Source: Eledone cirrhosa (lineage: Eukaryota). From it: DNA of 64,000 nt. The DNA lies in NCBI GenBank assembly GCA_964016885.1, contig OZ024740.1, positions 325,562,001 through 325,626,000 of the forward strand, written 5' to 3'. Shown in pieces: positions 40,205-53,574 of this stretch. Under the pieces are notes generated by a model, which searched no databases, was not told the DNA's origin, and worked only from the letters and a program-made list of their open reading frames with translations. Position 1 is the first letter of the stretch. Each line of letters begins with the position of its first letter. A program made the translations under genes and the position numbers.

Positions 40205-40399
40205 AGATGCTTGTCAGTGAGTGAAATTAAATTGATAAGTGGTTTGCTATTATTTGTCTTGTAATATATGTTTATATATAAAGAATTCTCGAGTTCGATA
40301 CCATTGTGTGGCATCAGGGTATAGAAAGGAGCCATGGCAAAATTCTAAACCATCACAGAGAATGGTGCGAATGGAGGAGCAAATTATGGAATAGTATAG

Positions 40400-40680
40400 A
40401 AAGGAGTCAAAGGAAGATTTTACGATGTGTTCCAGTTGTTCGATTAACTAAACAGCCTGTACATTTAACGTAATTCTCGGAGATATTGATGGTGACAAAA
40501 TGTGCCACATGGCTGGCTCCTTGACTTACAAGCACAATCTAACTGTCTTCCAGACAATTTCTATCTACCCACTTTCGTCCACAATGTATGGATTGGCGCG
40601 AGTTTGTGATAAATGACACACGACCGAGATGACACGGAGTGGGATTTAACCCAGGCCCTTAAGATTGGGAAGCGATGTTG
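40400..40680 (-). mobile_element. Degenerate SINE
   Basis: Reverse complement of the 3335-3745 family (TTCCAGTTGTTCGAT, GGGATTTAACCC). Confidence 0.5.
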
Positions 40681-40772
40681 TGTTCACAATGCTGTTAAAT
40701 ACATCAAAAAATGTATATGTATGAGATATAAAATATATCGATAGTCATAAATGAGTTTCTATATTTAAAAAC

Positions 40773-40872
40773 TGTCAGAGGGATTTGAACACACGCTGAC
40801 ATTAATAGAGCAAAATACTCAATGATCTGCTAACCTTGAGTCTAGTGCCTTAGACCGCGCAGCCATCCTGAC
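40773..40872 (-). pseudogene. tRNA-Leu-CAA pseudogene
   Basis: Decayed tandem duplicate of 40092-40204 with shared flanks; ACTCAAG retained, T-arm damaged. Confidence 0.8.
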
Positions 40873-40954
40873 AGATACAAAGCAGCGAATGGAATTAAAC
40901 TGATAAGTGGTTCACTCTACCATTTGTCATGTAATGTATGCTTATACATAAGAA

Positions 40955-41390
40955 GGGCCCCGGTTCGATATTATTGTGTGACACCTAGAGCAATTTTCTT
41001 TATCGTAGCCCCGAGTCGACCCAAGTCTTGTGGGTGAAAGTGGATTGAAGGAAGGTGTGTGGATGATGTATTTTACTTGTAGTTCATAGGCCCAGTCATG
41101 TTACATACTGTGTCACACCGAATCTCCCTGAGAATTACGTTAAGAGTACACATGTCTGTAGAATAATCAATTATCTTCATTATAATACAAAATGGATTGT
41201 GTCACTCTGATTCAGCTTCAGAATTACACATATGGTACACGTGTCTGTGGAACACTCAGTCATTTATACTATAACACGCTATGGATTATATTTGTCATTC
41301 AAAAGTCCAGCCTCATCACCACATATTGTGACACGCTCAATTTTATGGAAATTTACTTTAAGTTTACATGACAAAATCACGAGCAGGCTG
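40955..41390 (+). mobile_element. Degenerate tRNA-derived SINE with repeated body subunits
   Basis: GGTTCGAT; GAATCTCCCTGAGAATTACGTTAAG; GTACACGTGTCTGTGG. Confidence 0.6.
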
Positions 41391-41599
41391 AGAAAATGGT
41401 GAAAGCATAGCTGTGGAGAACAGCCAGTGGCACACGCTGCATCAGTCACTTTTCCTCATGGGGCTCCTTCCTCGGGCGGGATGCACTCCTACCACTTTTG
41501 TAAAGGAAAACGACTGTTCGAGGACCGAGGACAGCAGAAGTCTCGGCGGTGACTGTTACTTTAGAGAGAAACGGGGAGAAGGGGTGGGAGGTCAGGACG

Positions 41600-41740
41600 A
41601 AGTCGAATAAACCGATCCTAGTACTTGATTGCTACACGATTTTATCGACCCCAATTAAGCTCGGCGTGATTTGAACTCAGAACGTAAAGAGACGGAAGAA
41701 ACACGATAAAGCATTTTGTCCGACGCTCTAGCGATTTTGC
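41600..41740 (-). mobile_element. SINE with Meta/MESC-like core
   Basis: TTTTATCGACCCC..ATTTGAACTCAGAACGTAAAG..AAGCATTT is the reverse complement of 56824-56980. Confidence 0.65.
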
Positions 41741-42799
41741 AGAAGAATATATATATATATATATATAGAAAGAGATAGATAGATAGATAGATATATATAT
41801 AGATATATACACATATATTTATCTCACTTTCTCTGATTTATCAGGTGAACTTCATATTTATGATATGGACGATGTGACTAATATCTCTCCCTTTCCCATT
41901 CTCTCTTTCACTGACTCTCTTTCCCTTTCTGATATGTTGGTCTCTTTGTCTCTCCACCTTTCTTTACATGTCCTTCCCATTTCTTTATTTCTTCTTTCTC
42001 ATCCTTTTCTTCACTCCGGAAATAGTCTATTTGCAGACGTTATACATTACGTAAAAACACACATACACGACCACCTCAACCACCACCGCCCCACCACAAC
42101 CCCAACACCACCACCAACACCACTATCACCACGACCACGACCACCAACAACAACAACACCACCGCCGCTGCCATCACCACCACCACAACCACCACCACCT
42201 AATTCATATGGCCCGCTCCTTATTTCACCTTTCATACTATATACTACTCTGCTCCGCTCTGCCAAATTCTTCATCATTTACTTACTCCCCACCACCACCA
42301 CCACAACGTCTGCAACATTTTACCATTTACGTCAACAATATCTTTGAAAGTCTCCCATCACCTTCCTTGGCTTTTCCGCATATATTGCTTTCGATGTCCA
42401 ATTCAATTGCAAACATACGATGCAAGACACTGCACATTACTGCACATTATCGCTATGTCAATGTCTACGTGAGTCATCATTGTATCGTCTGCTGACGTTA
42501 TTATATGCAAACATGGCGGCATGTTTTGTAGATGCAACAATGTCTGTGTCAGCGTCTTTAACTTTCGCACCTTCAAATCAAATGAGTTCACCAAGTCCCC
42601 TGAGAAATTGTTTTTGTTCAATCTCTTCCACAGGACTGGTTTGCTGACACAGCAACAAGTATTTTGTATGTGTGAATGTATTGGTATGTGAATGTGTGTG
42701 TGCGAGTGTGTGAACGCGTGCAATGTATATGTAGGTGTATATGTGCGTAAATGTGTTTGTGTAAATATATATATATATATATAAATTATATGTATGTGC

Positions 42800-42865
<66 letters not shown>

Positions 42866-42867
<2 letters not shown>

Positions 42868-43216
42868 GATATTAAACAAATGGAAACTATATTTATAAAA
42901 CCATATTTATTTCATTATACATATTTCAGGGATACCATATTAAAAATATGGCATGCCTTCGTCAGATAAAATACAATATATAAACAGTTTTATAAATAAT
43001 TTTGACGTAGCCTATTATAAGCGACCATTATATTTGGAAGCTGTCTGGATAGTCCAGACAGCTTCCAAATATAATGGTCGCAGAATTAGCCGTCGAAACG
43101 GCTTGAGCTCAGCCGTCGGGGTCTTAGTTGTTCCTATTACCCATTCTACTACCCTAAGTATTGAGTACTTTGGTGCGTTATGGTCCACCTGGTTCCTTAC
43201 CACATTTCCTTCGTTA
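42866..43216. mobile_element. Chimera of family B (minus, hairpin 43021-43081) and family A (plus)
   Basis: A perfect 29-bp-arm hairpin is joined directly to CAGAATTAGCCGTCGAAAC and the family A tail. Confidence 0.75.
42908..42973 (-). ncRNA. Type I hammerhead ribozyme-like motif (family B, intact core)
   Basis: UAUUUUAU-CUGACGA-AGGCAUGCCAUAUU..AAUAUGGUAUCCCU-GAAA-U-AUGU-AUA-AUGAAAUA. Confidence 0.75.
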
Positions 43217-43501
43217 TATATATACATATATATATATGTATGTATATATATATGCATACATACATACATTCATTCATACATACAAACAAACATACATATA
43301 TACTTACATACATACAAACGCACATGCATACGTTCATACATATATATATATACACCCTTGCTGAGAGAACAAGCTAACTATATTATATATGAAAACCAAA
43401 AGCGATTCCACTGCCAACGATGTCTTCATCATTGACACTGTCTGTTCACTCAATATGTCTGACGTATTTTTAAACTGGTTTCAAATGTATAAAAGGAACC
43501 G

Positions 43502-43583
<82 letters not shown>

Positions 43584-43605
43584 GATATATATATATATAT
43601 ATATA

Positions 43606-43802
43606 TTTTATTGTATAGAAGGAGCTTCTACAGGACTAGTACTGTTTCATTCAGATGAAATCTTCAGGGCTTCCTGAAGATTTCATCTGAATGAAACAGT
43701 ACTAGTCCTGTAGAAGCTCCTTCTATACAATAAAACATTTTTTACTCTGCCATGTATTGAGTACCTTACTTACTGTGGTTATCCCCGACTCAACCCGGGA
43801 CC
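43606..43802. mobile_element. Fold-back mini-element, family C, two mirrored hammerhead cores
   Basis: Perfect arms ~43606-43668 and 43673-43735; CUGAAGA-U-UUCA-UC-UGAA-U-GAAAC-AGUACUA-GUC at 43674-43707; tail on the right. Confidence 0.85.
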
Positions 43803-43827
43803 TACGTATATATATATATATATATAT

Positions 43828-43923
<96 letters not shown>

Positions 43924-43974
43924 GAGAGAGAGATACGTATAGATACATATATAATATATATACGTAAAAGGTTA

Positions 43975-44215
43975 TAGATCCGCGCTTCGGTCAACAATGA
44001 CCATGGGTTTTGTACGTAGAACATTCCTTTCCAAGGCACTAGCACGGACAATGTGTTCTTGTGAAATATCACCAGCGGTCCTTGCATACCATTCTCCCTT
44101 CTTCACACCATCGAGATTGTCCAATATAGCTTGGCACCAGTGACGTCACAGCCTCCCGGTCCAGGAATCGAACTCACAACATTACGATTGTGAGCCCAAC
44201 ACTCTAACTACTGTA
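43975..44215 (-). mobile_element. tRNA-derived SINE, degenerate
   Basis: Minus strand AGTAGTTAGAGTGTTGGGCTCAC..GTGAGTTCGATTCCTGG (A/B boxes). Confidence 0.55.
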
Positions 44216-44419
44216 AATATATATGTGTGTATATATATATACAAATGTGTCTGTGTGTGTGTGTGTATATATATAAATACATACGCACACACATACATAC
44301 GTATGTTCGTGTGTATAGACAGGTATGGGATGATTAGGAAGTTAGTGAATTCATTTAAGATGGAGGACGGTTTATTTCTATATATCTATACAAACTGATA
44401 CTGACTCATGAGTAAATGT

Positions 44420-44809
<390 letters not shown>

Positions 44810-44921
44810 ACTTGAACATTTGAAACTACTTCGCTTTTCCTTATTCGATATTTACTCCGTCACTCCTATGTAGAAAAAGTACGTTGAGTGCTTGAATTGA
44901 ATTGCATCAATATTTACCCTA

Positions 44922-44971
<50 letters not shown>

Positions 44972-44972
44972 T

Positions 44973-45085
44973 ATATTTTATCTGATGAAAACGTACTGAA
45001 ACACCATTGTACCTTTGAAATATGTATAAAATATTTATTTTGGTTATGAGAATATTTTTCATTTATTAATATATTTTGAATAATA
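44973..45085 (+). mobile_element. Family B terminal fragment with hammerhead core
   Basis: TATTTTAT-CTGATGA-AAACGTAC..GTACCTTT-GAAA-TATGTATA. Confidence 0.6.
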
Positions 45086-45099
45086 TATATATATGTATG

Positions 45100-45189
<90 letters not shown>

Positions 45190-45360
45190 AAATATGACAT
45201 TCCATATAGATATATTTTCACACACGCATTCACACATGCACACATGTGCATATACTTATATATATATATTCATGTATAAGTAAATATATAAGTATGTTTC
45301 TCTCTCTGTATATATATATATAAACTCACACATACACACATTATTATTTATTATATACAC

Positions 45361-45449
<89 letters not shown>

Positions 45450-45834
45450 TTATATCTATATTGCTTACATGCCTTAGAAATTCTGTAGTTTATAATTTTA
45501 CAGTTCCATCATTTATGAGTCTAGGCATGTGTAAAGATTTATAATTGGAACACAAACTTTGCAGCGGAATGTGTTGGTGGTGTGACGACGGGCCTATGCC
45601 TAACCGCAGCGTGGGGGAGTTGTAATGAACGCTGCATCAGTCGAATGGCAAGGCGGAAAGGGTTGGGACGAACAGTGTGTTGGCCGTGGCGCAGGGTTGA
45701 GAGGAGTTGTGACGGACGAGACATTGGCTGAGTGGCAGGGTGTGGAGAGGTTTTGATGAACGATGCATATGCCGTGCAACAAGGTGGAGGGATCGTGACG
45801 AACGAGTCATCAACAGAGCATCAGGTACTTTAAT

Positions 45835-46580
45835 AAGATAAGGGTGGTAATGGCAATGAATAATACTAGGGGAAGGCAATAGGAAAAATTTGAGACGACA
45901 AACAACTAAATTTATAATTGTGATAGATATACCGTATCTCTGTTTACGGTGAAGGGAAGCGGGTTTCTGGTGGTGTTTTTATACAGTTTATACCTTGTAT
46001 TAGTCATTACGTTGTTAACCCTCTTGTCAGCCTGGATCGAGCAGACCTATGACTAAAAACCTCCCAGCCATGACCAGCCTGTCTGCTTTTATAATTATAG
46101 TGTATTTAGAATCACATTAGCGTATGATTGGACGTAGAATGGCCGAATGGTTTAGAGGTTTGCTTCATAATCGTGACGGCCTGGGTTCGGTCCTATTGCA
46201 CTGCACGGCAGATACTTTACTAAGATAAGGGTGGTGATGGAAATAAATGGTGTGTTGGGGAGGAATATGGAAATATTGAGATGACAAACAACTAAATTAT
46301 AATTATGATAGAGATAACACAGCTTAAACTGAAGGGACTGGGTTTTGTGATGGTGTTTATATATAATTTATAGCTTGTATTAGTCATTAAATTTTAACCC
46401 CCTTTTCCGCTCTGATCGAGCAGACTTATGACTAAAAACCTCCTAGTCATGACCTGCCTATCTGATTATAATTATAGTGTATTGTATTTAGAATGGCATT
46501 AGCGTATGAATAGATACAGAATGACCGAATGGTTAAGAAGTTTGTTTGACAATCATGTAATTCTATGTTTGGTCCCGCAG
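45835..46580. repeat. Old ~385-bp tandem duplication, each unit ending in a SINE head
   Basis: AAGATAAGGGTGGT at 45834 and 46222 with colinear similarity. Confidence 0.8.
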
Positions 46581-46836
46581 TGTAGTTTCTGGGCAGTTAC
46601 CTACCACCATAGCTTCGTGTAAATACATTTCAAAGGTTGAGCTTTGTGAAGTTGAAAGAGAGAATTATACTAATGGTACACGTGGCTACGGAATATTCAG
46701 CCACTTACACGCTACGTTAACGAAGATGCATGCATTTGAAGGCTCATCGTTAACCCTACGGAGAATCCACCACCACCACCACCACCATCATCATCATCGA
46801 ATGTAGCTATTTTTTCTAGTAGTGCCTTAGTTTCAA

Positions 46837-47028
46837 CCCTTTCGATTCCAACTCGCCTGAAACCAACCCTGGTCCTATTTAAGAAACTTTGTTAAGTTAT
46901 GTTCCAAACACCTGCTTAGTAATGAGAAAGTTAGTTCTATTGCTGAATTCTTCCAAATTCTTAATTATTTTCAAAGTATTTTAAAATCATAAACAATGTC
47001 TTTCCTTGGAAATATAGCAGCGAAAGAG
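46837..47028. mobile_element. piggyBac-like MITE
   Basis: CCCTTTCG...CGAAAGAG|TTAA; homologous to 31392-31624. Confidence 0.55.
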
Positions 47029-47698
47029 TTAATGTATTTATATTTATCTAAAAACCTTCTATCATAATTTTATATAAAAACATTTGAGCTATGTTCCAAA
47101 TACCAGCTTAATAACGAGAAAGTTAATTATATTACTAAATCCCACCAAATGTTTGATGATTTTTAAAATGATTTGAAAATCATAGGCAATATCGAAATGG
47201 GCGTACACAATTTCGATAACTACCGACGGGACTGCTCGTCCATCTGGAGTCACAATATTTCACAAAACAAACTTTCCTGAGGTTACATGGCAAGGACAAA
47301 TGAGTATAGAATTAAACGTATGATATTTAAGTGGAACAGGAGATGGCGGTGAAGGTCAGTTAAACCTATGGAGACGAAAAGAAACGTAAAGAAGGAGACG
47401 GGCATAGAGCGAAATGGTGGCTGGTAGCCACCGCCACAACTAGATTGTGTGGAAGACATCGAGATGAAAGAACAAGACAATAATCAATTGATAGAAGAGG
47501 AAACGTATGTAATAGACAGCTGAGAAAAAAGGGTACTCAATACCGAAGTAGAGTTTAAATATTAATTTTATTAAGACTAAATAGTGAGACCTGCTGCTGG
47601 AGTTTCGCCTGATGACTGTTAGAAGTAAGCGAAACCTCATATATATATATATCGTTATATTTGGGGAGGGTCATATTTTTGTGATATTGCTAGAAATA

Positions 47699-47796
<98 letters not shown>

Positions 47797-48062
47797 GTCC
47801 AAAGAATCATTAGATAAAATATATACAGTATTTCCTCTCCCAATCAGTATAAATCAACCACATAAAAAATCATTTAAACGAGGCTATAAGTTTAAAATGT
47901 ACTTATGAAGAAATAATAGACACATGATACAGATTCTTTTCCGCGATGTACAGCCATATGAGACTTATCTAATTATTTCTTCATTGAGCCACACCGTGAA
48001 TGGTTGCCAAACTCATATATGTATCTGTGACTATGTCTAATTATATATATATACCCTTTGAA

Positions 48063-48100
<38 letters not shown>

Positions 48101-48116
48101 CGTCTATATGTGAGAA

Positions 48117-48202
48117 TACATATCTGAGGAGCTTCCGATTCCAGAGTCAGGAACGAACATTATTCGATACGTTGATCGGTGGTGAAACATATGTAATATG
48201 TA
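48117..48202 (+). ncRNA. Type I hammerhead ribozyme-like motif with extended stem II (family D-related)
   Basis: UACAUAU-CUGAGGA-GCUUCCGAUU..GAUCGGUGGU-GAAAC-AUAU-GUA-AUAUGUA. Confidence 0.8.
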
Positions 48203-48248
48203 ATTAAATATGAATATGATGCAATACTGATTCTTTGTTCCCATTTAT

Positions 48249-48340
<92 letters not shown>

Positions 48341-48872
48341 TGTGTGTGTGCGCGTGTATGTGCGTGCGTGTGTGTGTGCGTGTAGTAAAAACAAAGTTTC
48401 GTACACTTAACATGTATGTGCTACCATTGGTTTCGGAGTCCAATTATGGCCATCATTACATATTGGAGGAGACACTTTTAACTGGCCCACTTCATATTTT
48501 TGTCCACGTGCCCGAATATACAGTTGTGGCCATGTTAAGTGTATGAAACTTTGTATTTTATTTATAACAATTAACACACTGGTTTAAAACCCTGCTGTTT
48601 TCATATTCCCAGTACATGTTACCAGTGTAGGTTATTTCATTCGTAAAACTTTCTGTAATCAATTTCGTCTATGTTGTGCAGTATGTGTATCTAACAATAG
48701 GAGTTATAACATAACTAGCTTATGGAAACTAATACAATTATCGAAAAGACTTCAGTTCCCTGTTAGAGCCAGTTTTGTTATGACCATACATAAAGCTTGA
48801 ATACAAAAAAATTGCTTTTTACCCATGGACAGTTATATATGTAGGTTGTTCACGAATGAAAACACCTACAAA

Positions 48873-49081
48873 TCTTTATATACGAGACACGAATGGAAAA
48901 ACGAAGAATCTGGTGTATCTGGAAGAATTTTTTACTGTATATTTTTTTTGTAACACACACACGCACTCCACGGTCTCGTTTCATACTGTAAACAAGACAA
49001 GCATCCAATACAGTCATTTTCTGTTCTACCTGTCTTCTCTTATCAGCTGTTTACCCGGGTGAAGCTGGGTACGTCAGCTAG
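48873..49081 (+). mobile_element. Non-autonomous Helitron-like element
   Basis: A|TCTTTATATA start; subterminal GC hairpin CCCGG..CTGGG; CTAG|T end. Confidence 0.6.
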
Positions 49082-49204
49082 TATAAGTGTAAGGAAAGCG
49101 CTTAAAAGCAGAGGGCCTATAAAGATAGCTTATAGAATACGGTAAAAACCGTTAAAACACGGAGAAAGAATTTTCCAACGACCGCTACGAGAAATTCAAT
49201 ATAT

Positions 49205-49395
49205 ATATATACAATATATTAATAAATGGAAACTATATTTATAAAACCATATTTATTTTATTATACATAGTTCAAGAGCAACCAAGGCAAATTATGGTGC
49301 GCTTTCATCAGATAAAATACAGATTTGTTTTATAAATAAATATTGACATACCCGGAAAAAAGACAACCTTAACGGTTGCAGCTTCCTGGATAGTC
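49205..49395 (-). mobile_element. Family B terminal fragment, hammerhead at 49254-49319 with GAAA>GAAC
   Basis: Perfect 8-bp stem I TATTTTAT/ATAAAATA, CTGATGA core, long stem II. Confidence 0.65.
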
Positions 49396-49409
49396 ATATA
49401 TATATATAT

Positions 49410-49808
<399 letters not shown>

Positions 49809-50026
49809 CAGAGAGAGAGAGAGACCATGCAGGATATTGTCATATATATATATATAAGAGTACCAGTTGTATTTTAAGCTGTTATATATACTGGGCATGT
49901 GGTGGTTGGTGTATATACAACAGTCGAATGTATTCTACACCATAAAATGTATTGTCAATTTTACATATTGCCAGTAGTTAACGTCAATGACTATAAGTCT
50001 TTGAAATGTTTCACTGTACATCAGTT

Positions 50027-50139
50027 GTCAGGATGGCCGAGCGTTCTAAGGCACCAGACTCAAGGTGTAATACCTTAACCAGAACATTGAGTCTTCTGGT
50101 CCACTAATGTGGGCGTGGGTTCGAATCCCACTTCTGACA
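50027..50139 (+). tRNA. tRNA-Leu-CAA: tRNA-Leu(CAA) with 29-nt intron (50065-50093); D-loop GG>GT variant
   Basis: Full cloverleaf: GTCAGGA/TTCTGAC, CCAGA-CT-CAA-G..T-TCTGG, long variable arm, GGTTCGAATCC. The D-loop change and weak terminator may reduce function. Confidence 0.78.
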
Positions 50140-50293
50140 AACTGTTATTTCGTTTTATGTAATTCTTATATTTCTCTCAAAATATTTTACCTCTCAAGTA
50201 TATACATTTCTTGTTAATATATTTATCGGCGTGAATTCCAGTCTTAGTTTAAAACAATTATATACAAAGAACATGTAACTGTTGTATATATAA

Positions 50294-50560
50294 CTAGCAG
50301 TAGTACCCGGCGTTGCACAGGATAAGGTATTGTGAAATATATAACCGCCTTAGTTAAGCTTAGTATTGCCACAGCCACGGCTGGCAAAGAAGTAAGGGTC
50401 TGGTGGTACGTAAGTAAACAACACTTTGGCTTAAAACGTGAGGAAGAAGTTGTGTGCACTTACCAACTGTTTGGGGAATGAGTGTGAGATTTTTCTTGAG
50501 CAAGGGTGGCAGAATAACCGGATGCAGCAGACAGCCAGGCATACAGACAGATATTATAAG
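50294..50560 (-). mobile_element. Helitron-like non-autonomous insertion; 5' limit approximate
   Basis: ACTAGCAGTAGTACCCGGCGTTGC is the reverse complement of the 3' end at 61712-61737; absent from the paralogous arm near 55225. Confidence 0.55.
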
Positions 50561-50988
50561 GGCGCGGCGTTATATGTATGTATCTATCTAAAAAGAGAAA
50601 GACTAAGAATTATAGAGAGAGTTTGCTAAATCGCCTAATGCGTTCCCTAGGGCATTGAAAATTTGGTTGGTGTATATACAACAGCCGAATGTATATATAT
50701 TACACTGCTATTCTCTCAGGACATGTGGGTCTTGGTGTATATTATAACCGGCTGTTTATAGTTATAAATTATATTCATATAAATCAATTAGTTATTTTAA
50801 CCAATTACAATACTTTTTAATCATTATTAACCAAAATTAATTATAAATATTTTCTCTTATTAATAAATCATTCTAAATCAACATATACAAAATACCTGTA
50901 GATACGTGGATAAGACATAATGTGAAGTCCCATGTGTGTTGTAATGTTTTTATTAAGACAAAGATCTCGTGAGACTCAAGGTGTAAAT

Positions 50989-51521
50989 TAGGAGTCAACA
51001 ACTTCTTTGCCTCCACGGGCCGGATCAAGTATTAATGACGGATAGCGGGCCGGACGAAGTCCATAAAGGAATAAGTATGGAAAATTACACAAGCTAAAAT
51101 TTAATCACTAGTGTTGACTATACTATTCATTTCTCAAATCCTGGATTATATTCACAAATACCTCTGAATCCTTTGATTTCCTTCCTTGAAATGATGGAAA
51201 ATGCGCATAATTTTTATTTCGAAGTTGATGTTCCCACAACTGTAGCTTAGTTATCAAAGGTAACAATATGGGTATACATTTCATTTACGAGCTTGAATTT
51301 GTAAATGTAAGTTATTTAAATGAGTCACAATATCCACAATATCCACAATAAATGCCGAAGTTGTAACAGCAGGCCTTTTATTGTATTCGATAGTCTCGTC
51401 TCTCACATTACAATAAATTTAAATCTTAAATAAACAACTCATTGGGCATTAGTTCTCGCAGGCCGGTCAAAATCCCTTTGCAACCGGATCCTGCCCGCGG
51501 GCCATAGGTTGCCGACACCTG
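50989..51521. mobile_element. hAT (Charlie-like) MITE
   Basis: TIRs TAGGAGTCAACAAC and GTTGCCGACACCTG; GGGCCG subterminal motifs; 8-bp TSD GTGTAAAT/CTGTAAAC; empty site GTGTAAAC in the paralogous arm (~54997-55004). Confidence 0.8.
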
Positions 51522-51645
51522 CTGTAAACCAATGATATAATTTATATGTATTCTACACCAAACAGTATATTGTCAATTTTTACACAGTGCCAGTAGTTGA
51601 CGTCAATTTCTATAAGTGTTTTAAATATAAAACTGTGAATCAGCT

Positions 51646-51733
51646 GTCAGGACGGCTGAGCGGTCTAATACGCCAGAACATCGAGTATTCTGCTCCACAA
51701 ATGTGAGCGTGGGTTCGAATCCTATTTCAGATG
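51646..51733 (+). pseudogene. tRNA-Leu pseudogene with the anticodon deleted
   Basis: Deletion between the two CCAGA copies (anticodon stem and intron), plus substitutions. Confidence 0.8.
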
Positions 51734-53380
51734 GTGGTTTTCAATTTTTTTCCTTTTTCTATCATATATTTAAGGCAATTGATTTCGCAGTCATTAAAGC
51801 ATTGGCTATTTGTTAGAGGTCTCTGTCTTCTCATCACAAACTCCAACGATGTAGTTTACATTAAAGAACATACCAGACTAGTACTGTTGCAGTCCTCTCT
51901 TTTACCAGCTGTCTCATAGATCAAATAAGAATAGTTCGAGAGAGTGTCTGTGTTGGCTTGTGACAGCATAGGCACATAAGACTCTTAGCGAAATCATACC
52001 ACATAATACCAAGTCATAATCGATTATTAGTGACATTTGTAGTAGTAATAGTATCATAGTAATTCTATTCATCATATTATATACAGAGATTACTGTCTAC
52101 TTATAACGAACGACGTTCCTGATCTCTTAGATCTCATTGAAAAAGAAAAACATTAAGTTTAATTAATAAAACACACTTCTAAAACTTCTATACCGCTTTT
52201 GCCAAATATTTTATTTACACAAAGAATGAGTATTTGAATTGGTCTCATGCTGGTGTGTTTTAACTAAGACAATGAAGGCTAAGACCTAATGTTGAAGACA
52301 AGGACATTTATGACACCTAATGCTGATCAGTCCTTACTAGGACCAAAACATTTTATGACACGTCGTAAGACACAAAATACTGGTCAGTCATGACTAAGAC
52401 CAAAATGTCTGGTGTAGAATACATGTAAATTAAATTCTAGTTTTACACATTGAGCCTGGTGCCTTACGACGGGTCGGTCTTAGTAAAGTCTGACCAGTAT
52501 AAGGTGTCATAAGATCTCTTGGTTTTCAGCCTTCACCGGCTTTGCGCTCCTTGTCTTAGTTAAAACTGACCATCATTAGACCAATTCAAAGTCTGGGTCT
52601 TAGTTTCCATAAAATGTTTCAGTAAAGCTATATAGTTGTTTTAAAAGCAGCGTTTATTAATTAAAATTAATGTCTTTAAAAAAACTAACACTTAAGACAT
52701 CATGAACATTCTATCGTTGTAAGTAGACAACGACCACTCTACATAATAAGATCAATACAATACAAATGAACGTTAGCTGGTTGCTCTGTATATATAAGTT
52801 TAGTATGGTTTAATAATAAAAGGAATAACATTACAATATACATGGGACATCACATTATGTCTTATCCACGTATCTACAGGTAATTTGTATATGATAATTT
52901 AGAATGATATAGAAGTGTGTTTTATAAATGAAAGTTAATGTTTTACTTTTTCAATGACATCTAAGACATCAGGAACGTTCTTTCGTTATAAGTTATCTGT
53001 ACATAATATGATGAATAGAATTACTATGATACTATTACTACTACAAATCTCACTAATAATCGATTATGACTTGGTAGTATGTGGTATGAGTTCGCCAAGA
53101 GTCTTATATGCCTATGCTGTCACAAGCCAACACAGACACTCTCTCGAACCATTCTTACTTGATCTATGAGAACATCTAGTCTGTGACAGCTGGTAAAAGA
53201 GAGGACTGCATAAGTACCAGACTGCTATATTGTTTAATGTAAACTAGATCGTTGAAGTTTGTGATGGATGAGAAGAGAGGAACCTCGAACAAATTACCAA
53301 CGCTTTAATGACTGCGAAATCGATTGCCTTAAATATAAGATAGACAAATTATTAAAAGAGAAAGAAAAAACAAAAAACTC

Positions 53381-53462
53381 TGTCAGAAGTGGGGCTCGAA
53401 CCCACGCCCACATTAGTGGACGAGAAAACTCCAAGTTCAGAAGACCGCTCGGACATCCCGAC
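53381..53462 (-). pseudogene. tRNA-Leu pseudogene with an internal deletion
   Basis: 5' and 3' halves are recognisable; the anticodon and 5' intron are missing. Confidence 0.8.
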
Positions 53463-53574
53463 AACTGATTTACAACGATATATTTCGAAGTCTTATAGAG
53501 ATTGACGTCAATTACTGGCAATGTGTAAAAGTAGACAATATACTGTTTGGTGTAGAATACATATAAATTATATT

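Noticed and set aside
45560-45830. GC-richer block bounded by AG and GT as a coding exon
   Set aside because: The frames I read contain stops and give no recognisable protein.
47586-47640. Plus-strand CTGATGA...GAAAC as an intact hammerhead
   Set aside because: There is no stem II or stem I on that strand. The tail motif points to a truncated minus-strand element, so it was not called.
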